This document shows, piece after piece, positions 59,245 to 64,000 of a DNA stretch of 64,000 bases. This stretch comes from a virus. The notes beneath the pieces were generated by a model. It did no database searches, was not told the origin of the DNA, and was given only the letters and a program-made list of their open reading frames with translations. Each line of letters begins with the position of its first letter. The first letter of the stretch is position 1. The stretch covers positions 1 to 64,000 of the IMG/VR virus record IMGVR_UViG_3300027859_000006. The stretch is one strand, 5' to 3'. Made by a program: the position numbers and the translations under genes.

Positions 59245-59697
59245 ATGAAAACTTCTTCTTTTGTGGCTGGTACTGTAGATTGCGTTTATCCTAGACCTGT
59301 AGAGGGTGACGACTTGGCAAAGGTGGCCGCTGCTCTAGACAGCATGGAGGAACTTTATACAGTTGAGCTATCGCTGGATAACTCTTTTGATAGTGAGGGA
59401 GAGTACCTAGTGCCTCTATTGGCAGGGTTTGACCTGAATAATGACTACCGTGCAGAGGGCAGACTAAACAAGTCTTTCCGTGATTATAAAGACCGTAGCA
59501 AGGGCTTTGCGTTCGTAGGCAAAATGGAGGTGCAGCCTCGCTACCTACCACAAGCAGAATTTTGGTTCAATACTACTAGAGAACCTAGCACATGGGGGGA
59601 GGCTTTGCAAGCTACCGTAGAGCGGATCAAAGAACACGACGGAAGAGGCACTTTAGTAGTAAAAGCCCGTCGCGAAATTTTTAAAATAGCTATCTAA
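59245..59697 (+). CDS. Pre-early hypothetical protein
   Basis: Promoter TTGCTT-16-TATACT (59166-93), RBS GGGGT, start moved to 59245. Confidence 0.7.
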   Translation: MKTSSFVAGTVDCVYPRPVEGDDLAKVAAALDSMEELYTVELSLDNSFDSEGEYLVPLLAGFDLNNDYRAEGRLNKSFRDYKDRSKGFAFVGKMEVQPRYLPQAEFWFNTTREPSTWGEALQATVERIKEHDGRGTLVVKARREIFKIAI

Positions 59698-59798
59698 TCA
59701 ATAATAGGGGCGCAAGCCCCCCAATACTTACAACTGGAGAAAATGAAGATGAAATTTAAAAAAGCTATGAAAATTGTAAAAAAGCTTGACAGCTAAGC

Positions 59799-59981
59799 AT
59801 GAAAGCAAAAATAACTATGCTAGAGGAATTAACAGGCATAGAGGATGGTGAAACTCTGACCAAAGAAATACTAGCGCAGGGTGTAACTCTTGAAAACGTC
59901 GCCTTAGCTAATTCAGCCGCCAACAAACATACGTTTACTTGGACAAAAGACGACGTAGAAAGGATGCGACCTTATATGTAA
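59799..59981 (+). CDS. Hypothetical protein
   Basis: ORF after a 17-codon RBS-led mini-ORF (59743-59796). Confidence 0.45.
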   Translation: MKAKITMLEELTGIEDGETLTKEILAQGVTLENVALANSAANKHTFTWTKDDVERMRPYM

Positions 59982-59984
59982 ACT

Positions 59985-60245
59985 AAAGTGAATAAAAAGT
60001 GCATATTTATGCACTTTTTTGCATAACCGCGCCGCTCCGGCACACGGATTCCCACCTATACAGTATAACAGGTCTACACGTCAACGCAAGCACTTTTTAA
60101 CTGGTCAGACCACGTAATCTAAATGAGAATGATTCGCATTCAACCGCGCCGATTTTACCATACCCTGACACAAAAAACAAGTCTACATGCAAATGATTCG
60201 TATTTAACTTTTTGAATCTAAATGCAAATGATTCGCATTCGCAAA
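59985..60245. promoter_or_regulatory. Second host-factor site cluster (ArgR, FadR, Fur x3)
   Basis: ARG box AGTGCATATTTATGCACT 59998-60015 inside a 26-bp palindrome; AACTGGTCAGACCAC 60099-113; Fur-like 60122-40, 60186-204, 60221-39. Confidence 0.65.
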
Positions 60246-60319
60246 GTAACCTTATTTTTCGACAAATAAATTTACCGAAAAATCGGGGGTTTACCCCTGT
60301 CCGGGAGCGCAGCGACCTG

Positions 60320-60526
60320 CGCCAGAGTACGATTTCGACTAGTACTAAACCGACCGCTGCCCCTACGTGTGAGCTACCCTGAGTACTAATCCGACTACCA
60401 TGGCGGCTTGTCCCAATCTTCAGCAGACACTACAGCTTCTGACGGGCGTGCTGTGCTGGTGGAAGTAGACGGGCGCGAAGTGCCCGTCGCCAGAGTACGA
60501 TTCTGACCTAGTACTAGACCGACCGC
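60320..60526 (+). repeat. ~38-bp imperfect direct repeats
   Basis: CGCCAGAGTACGATT..GAC(C)TAGTACTARACCGACCGC at 60320-60357 and 60488-60526. Confidence 0.8.
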
Positions 60527-60628
60527 CTCTGCCAAGAGCAGGAGTTCGTCTTTTTTAGCAGCACTGAGGCTAGGGGCGGCAATGTTTAAGTGAGTACAAA
60601 TCTGATTGGCTATATCTGTCTTAGTCAT
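60395..60628 (-). CDS. Small protein resembling the A2/D3 C-terminal domain
   Basis: TKTDIANQI...SLSAAKKDELLLLAEA. Confidence 0.55.
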   Translation of the reverse strand: MTKTDIANQICTHLNIAAPSLSAAKKDELLLLAEAVGLVLGQNRTLATGTSRPSTSTSTARPSEAVVSAEDWDKPPW

Positions 60629-60660
60629 GCTTATTCCGGTTAATTCAACTTATACGCATA

Positions 60661-61329
60661 TTATATAAGGTTTATAGCGGAAAAGCAAGGGATTTCTTGG
60701 CTTATTTTGGGCTTTTCAGGGAATCTTATATCAGGCTTAAATGCGTACCATTTACCATCTAGAGTATAAGAATTATGATACTTTGCGCAATATATAGTGT
60801 CAAAGTTATATATACCCTCATCTTCTACATACTCCCAGAACTCAGCTAAAGACCATCCGGCCGGTTTGACCTCCGAAGGAGGGAGGTAGCCGAGAACCCT
60901 GTAGGCGTTGTTGTCTATTAAAAATTGTTCAGTCTTGTCACCCACCAGCGCCTCTATTTCAGAGTACAAATCCGGTGACAGTTTATTTTTAGTCAGTACC
61001 TCTGTAGCAGCAAGTCTCTTTAAAGCGGCTACCCCTGTTTTTCTAACTAGAGGTAGGATCTCGGAACAGACGTAAAGCTGCCATTCTCTTGCTGTTGGCA
61101 TATCAGATCGCATTAAAAAGAAGTAAAGAACCTGCTCAGCATACAATTTACGTCCGTCGGAGCACGGTGCACTCTCGATACGTAAATCAGCATTACGCTT
61201 AAGAAAATCTCGTATTGCTCGCTTAGGCTCTGAGTAACCTAGCTTCTCTGCAAATTCTTCAAGGTCAAAATAAAATTCGTTGTTTATCTCGTAGAGTGAG
61301 ACACCCTTTTCTAAGTTTAGTATATTCAT
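60661..61329 (-). CDS. BRO-N domain protein
   Basis: FYFDLEEFAEKLGYSEPKRAI ... EQVLYFFLMRSDMPTAREWQLYVCSEILPLVRKTG. Confidence 0.8.
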   Translation of the reverse strand: MNILNLEKGVSLYEINNEFYFDLEEFAEKLGYSEPKRAIRDFLKRNADLRIESAPCSDGRKLYAEQVLYFFLMRSDMPTAREWQLYVCSEILPLVRKTGVAALKRLAATEVLTKNKLSPDLYSEIEALVGDKTEQFLIDNNAYRVLGYLPPSEVKPAGWSLAEFWEYVEDEGIYNFDTIYCAKYHNSYTLDGKWYAFKPDIRFPEKPKISQEIPCFSAINLI

Positions 61330-61382
61330 AGGTTTCAGTATATCAAAAATAGTCTAGGAGGGCAAATGATTTAACAAAACAC

Positions 61383-61411
61383 TTGATTCGAGACGTTTTT
61401 TAACGTATAAT
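61383..61411 (+). promoter_or_regulatory. Sigma-70 promoter
   Basis: TTGATT-17-TATAAT. Confidence 0.8.
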
Positions 61412-61442
61412 ACTTGTATTGAATGAATGAGGAAGAACGAAT

Positions 61443-61754
61443 ATGTGGAACGAACAAAAATCTGCTCAACTAGTTAAGACTTACAAAACTAACGGCTACG
61501 ATGCTGCGCAAGCGGCGAAGGCGCTTGGAGTATCGGAACGCTCTGCTATCTCTAAGCTGGTGGCTCTAGGAGAGTATGTTAAGCCTGTTAAGGTACAAGC
61601 TTCCACGGGGCGCATTAATAAAACTCAGTACATTTCTGCGGTCGAGGCAATGCTAGGAGTCAAGTCTGGTAAACTAGCGGGTCTCTCTGGGGCTAGTGCT
61701 AATGCGATAGAAGAATTAGCGGCTGCTCTTGTAAAACTAGGAGACCGTGCATAA
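61443..61754 (+). CDS. Second A2-family DNA-binding protein
   Basis: WNEQKSAQLVKTY, VSERSAISKLVALGEYVKP, RINKTQYI; parallels ORF 53421-53804. Confidence 0.75.
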   Translation: MWNEQKSAQLVKTYKTNGYDAAQAAKALGVSERSAISKLVALGEYVKPVKVQASTGRINKTQYISAVEAMLGVKSGKLAGLSGASANAIEELAAALVKLGDRA

Positions 61755-62002
61755 TGGATGTTATTGTTGGAATTTGGACTGTATTAACCCTTCTAGGGTA
61801 TCTAGCCTACTTCGCAGGCGACAGAGCGACTGTAGTAATGTATGACCTAGAGGTGTATCAGGGTAGAGTATTCAATTGGGCGGATGCAGTTAGTATTATC
61901 CTAGGGGTGGTATCGGGGCACTATTGGCTGTCTTTGCTAGTGCCGCTCAGCTCGATTCTCATGTATAAGCGCACTCGCAAAAAGTTGGGACGTCCCAGCT
62001 AG
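61754..62002 (+). CDS. Small membrane protein
   Basis: TAATG coupling, hydrophobic segments, basic C-terminus. Confidence 0.65.
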   Translation: MDVIVGIWTVLTLLGYLAYFAGDRATVVMYDLEVYQGRVFNWADAVSIILGVVSGHYWLSLLVPLSSILMYKRTRKKLGRPS

Positions 62003-62094
62003 CGCCGCTCCGCGGCGAGCCCTTTCCCATCTATAACATGTATTATACGCGGAATTGAGCCCGTTTGCAAGTGATTTTTAGTAAGAAACTGGTG

Positions 62095-62560
62095 AGGCTA
62101 GGGTGGGTTTTGGGAAAGACTCGGGGAATTTTAGTCGCGCCTAACGGTCGTTTACGACCTGCGCCTCCGAAAAAGCTAAAAAATTGCTTGCGAGGCTACA
62201 AACCCAAATTTCGCCACTTCGCGGCGGATTAGGGTAAAATGTTGCAAACCCAATCTTGGCCGTAAACGGCCGGGTTATGGGTAGAAGTGTAATAGACCTA
62301 GGGGAAGGTTGGGAGGGATTTGGGATACAAGTGTAATCCGCATCGAGGAAAGAATTTGGGTAAGTGTTGCTAAGGTTCTCGCCGGAACAATGCCGAAGGC
62401 ATAGAGTGGGCGAGGATATAGCAGAAGTGTAATAGAAGTATAGTAGAGTCTAGGGAGAAGTCTAGGCTAGAGTTGGAAAGGCAGCGGGCGGGGCGAGTCC
62501 AGGGCCGTATGTTGGGAAGGGTCGGGGAAGGTTGGGATGGATTTGGGATTAAGTGGGGAA
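62095..62560 (+). other. G-skewed non-coding block with G-quadruplex motifs, hairpins and repeats
   Basis: G3 tract sets at 62101-126, 62301-324, 62514-558; repeat GGGGAAGGTTGGGA(G/T)GGATTTGGGAT at 62301 and 62524. Confidence 0.7.
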
Positions 62561-62682
62561 ACATTCCTCTGATATAGCTATAAGTATAACTATAAATAAC
62601 TATCCCTCCTAGTTTTTTGATACTCAAAATTTTAAAATTGGTACTTTTTCGATAGATACAATTATGGCAATAAAATCTTTTT

Positions 62683-62836
62683 GTTGTGTTCGCTTAAAGC
62701 GTCTATTTCTTAGTATTGGTTAGGCTTGTCAAAGTTTTTTGGGGTGTGCTTTAAACAGAGTCGCACCCCACTTTGAGCCAAACCGACTAAGAAGTCGCTA
62801 AAGCTCACATCAATAGAGAGTCATATAACTCTCTAG
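62683..62836. other. Long imperfect inverted repeat (candidate sRNA or DNA stem-loop)
   Basis: TTCTTAGT/ACTAAGAA, TCAAAG/CTTTGA, TGGGGTG/CACCCCA nested arms; adjacent TAGAGAGT/ACTCTCTA hairpin; minus-strand promoter TTTACA-17-TACAAT at 62848-76. Confidence 0.55.
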
Positions 62837-62887
62837 AAGATGTTAATATTGTAGCAGATTTTTTTCTCCATGTAAAGTATTTTTCTT

Positions 62888-63160
62888 TTACTCACCAATG
62901 GGTTCTGACCACAATGCTTCAAATGGTTCTTTGCAGTAAACAACATATGACCAAGACGTGTAACTTGGGTTACTTTTTCGGTCGACTTTGTTTTCTTCTA
63001 GGATTTGAAGATATCGGTCGTATTTTTGCTTAACAGTTCTTTCCTTATCTTCCTTGAACAAGCGTTGTGTGACTTGCATATGCTTTAACAGCATTTCTTG
63101 AGTGTGGTTTGGGAATTTGTTGCAAAACTGTCTTAGTTTAACTTTGTAGGCTTCTTTCAT
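62888..63160 (-). CDS. Early hypothetical protein (paralog of 63157-63411)
   Basis: MKEAYKVKLRQFCNK...SWSYVVY; RBS AAGGAG. Confidence 0.75.
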   Translation of the reverse strand: MKEAYKVKLRQFCNKFPNHTQEMLLKHMQVTQRLFKEDKERTVKQKYDRYLQILEENKVDRKSNPSYTSWSYVVYCKEPFEALWSEPIGE

Positions 63161-63411
63161 TTCTTAAAATACTCCTTATAGCTCTCTTTAAAATATACTA
63201 CATACTTCCAGCTTGTCCAGCTAGGAGGGTTGGTAGGGTCTTTCAACTCTTCTGCGCTTACTCGTTCTACGAACGCTTCATAACACTCCTTAACCGAGAG
63301 GTGCAGCTTATCAGCACGAAAGCGTTTTCTAGTACTATCTAAAATTTGCTCTGTAGGGTTTTTATACTTATTACAGAACTGCTTTATTTTAACTTTGTAT
63401 GATTCTTTCAT
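63157..63411 (-). CDS. Early hypothetical protein (paralog of 62888-63160)
   Basis: MKESYKVKIKQFCNK...SWKYVVY. Confidence 0.75.
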   Translation of the reverse strand: MKESYKVKIKQFCNKYKNPTEQILDSTRKRFRADKLHLSVKECYEAFVERVSAEELKDPTNPPSWTSWKYVVYFKESYKEYFKK

Positions 63412-63418
63412 GGTGCTG

Positions 63419-63664
63419 TCAACTTCTATTAATCTTTTTTATTTCTGCTTTAATAGCTTTTAATCCTCCGACTTTTCTTAGTATCTTCCATCGGGTGTAC
63501 ATTACTTCTAGCTTAGACATATCTTTGTAACCTTTAATCCACCAAGTAGCACTGGTGTAGGCGACGTAGTCGCCAGCTCCTAGGTTTACAACAGCTTGTC
63601 GGACTAGAGGACAGCTAACTCCAAAGAACTCAGTACAAATACCATATCTTAATGCGTTAAACAT
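63419..63664 (-). CDS. Early hypothetical protein
   Basis: Operon context, overlap with the upstream ORF. Confidence 0.6.
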   Translation of the reverse strand: MFNALRYGICTEFFGVSCPLVRQAVVNLGAGDYVAYTSATWWIKGYKDMSKLEVMYTRWKILRKVGGLKAIKAEIKKINRS

Positions 63665-64000
63665 TAGGATTATTCCTCGCTATGAGCATCATTCTAATGC
63701 TGTACCAATGTTTTATAATAAATTGTATAATCTCTTTCCTAGCCTTTCTACCTGCTTCTGTATTTGGACTACCAGCTTTGACCCAATAGTGTTCTGCTGG
63801 GTCTATGCCAGGACACCCCATTTCATGGAGGATTTGGCCGAGATTTCCTACACTACCTAAAGTACCTGAAGGGGTTATATACTCAGCTATTTGATGGCAC
63901 AGGTAATCGTCGCTTCTTAAATGAAAGGGGGGAGTAAAAGGTACATAGCTTCTTTGTTCAAGCTCGGTTAGTCTTTCGACTTCTTCTTTCAAAGCACTCA
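63657..64000 (-). CDS. Early hypothetical protein (probably 5'-truncated by the window edge)
   Basis: Frame open to the window end. Confidence 0.55.
   Translation of the reverse strand, partial: SALKEEVERLTELEQRSYVPFTPPFHLRSDDYLCHQIAEYITPSGTLGSVGNLGQILHEMGCPGIDPAEHYWVKAGSPNTEAGRKARKEIIQFIIKHWYSIRMMLIARNNPNV

Noticed and set aside
60785-60800. NrdR-box-like GCGCAATATATAGTGT
   Set aside because: Single copy inside the BRO-N coding sequence; NrdR boxes normally occur in tandem at promoters, so chance cannot be excluded
62370-62627. 85-aa minus-strand ORF
   Set aside because: Pro/Ser-rich by-product of the G-skewed repeats; TTG start without RBS
1-64000. tRNA genes
   Set aside because: No cloverleaf with T-loop GTTCRA and acceptor stem noticed; any T5-type tRNA cluster would lie outside this window

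Overview
This window is a 64-kb slice of a T5-like siphophage (Demerecviridae-type), probably infecting a marine gammaproteobacterium. It contains the end of the early region (1-25 kb, + strand) with the T5-type replication and recombination module: origin-binding primase-helicase, D2/D3/D5, split NAD ligase, DnaB helicase, primase, a family A DNA polymerase interrupted by an ORF-less group I intron, D10-D15 and dUTPase. The complete late structural module follows on the - strand (25-53 kb), from tail fibres to terminase and receptor-binding protein. It includes an in-frame protease-capsid fusion and a +1 frameshifted tail chaperone pair. Next is what looks like the whole ~9.5-kb terminal repeat / first-step-transfer (pre-early) region (~53.2-62.8 kb: A2, A1, a HAD phosphatase, small ORFs), then the first early genes. 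The most striking unexplained signal lies in the non-coding parts of that region. They carry a dense, modular array of near-consensus binding sites for many different host proteins (Fur, sigma-54, IHF, DnaA, LexA, FadR, ArgR), ORF-less leftward promoter modules and strand-biased GGCGC(G/A)G motifs. The leading segment is GATC-rich, and a G-quadruplex/hairpin block sits where an injection-stop signal would be expected. All homology calls come from motif recognition, synteny and memory of T5/T4 proteins; no database searches were run, and motif counts are by eye.
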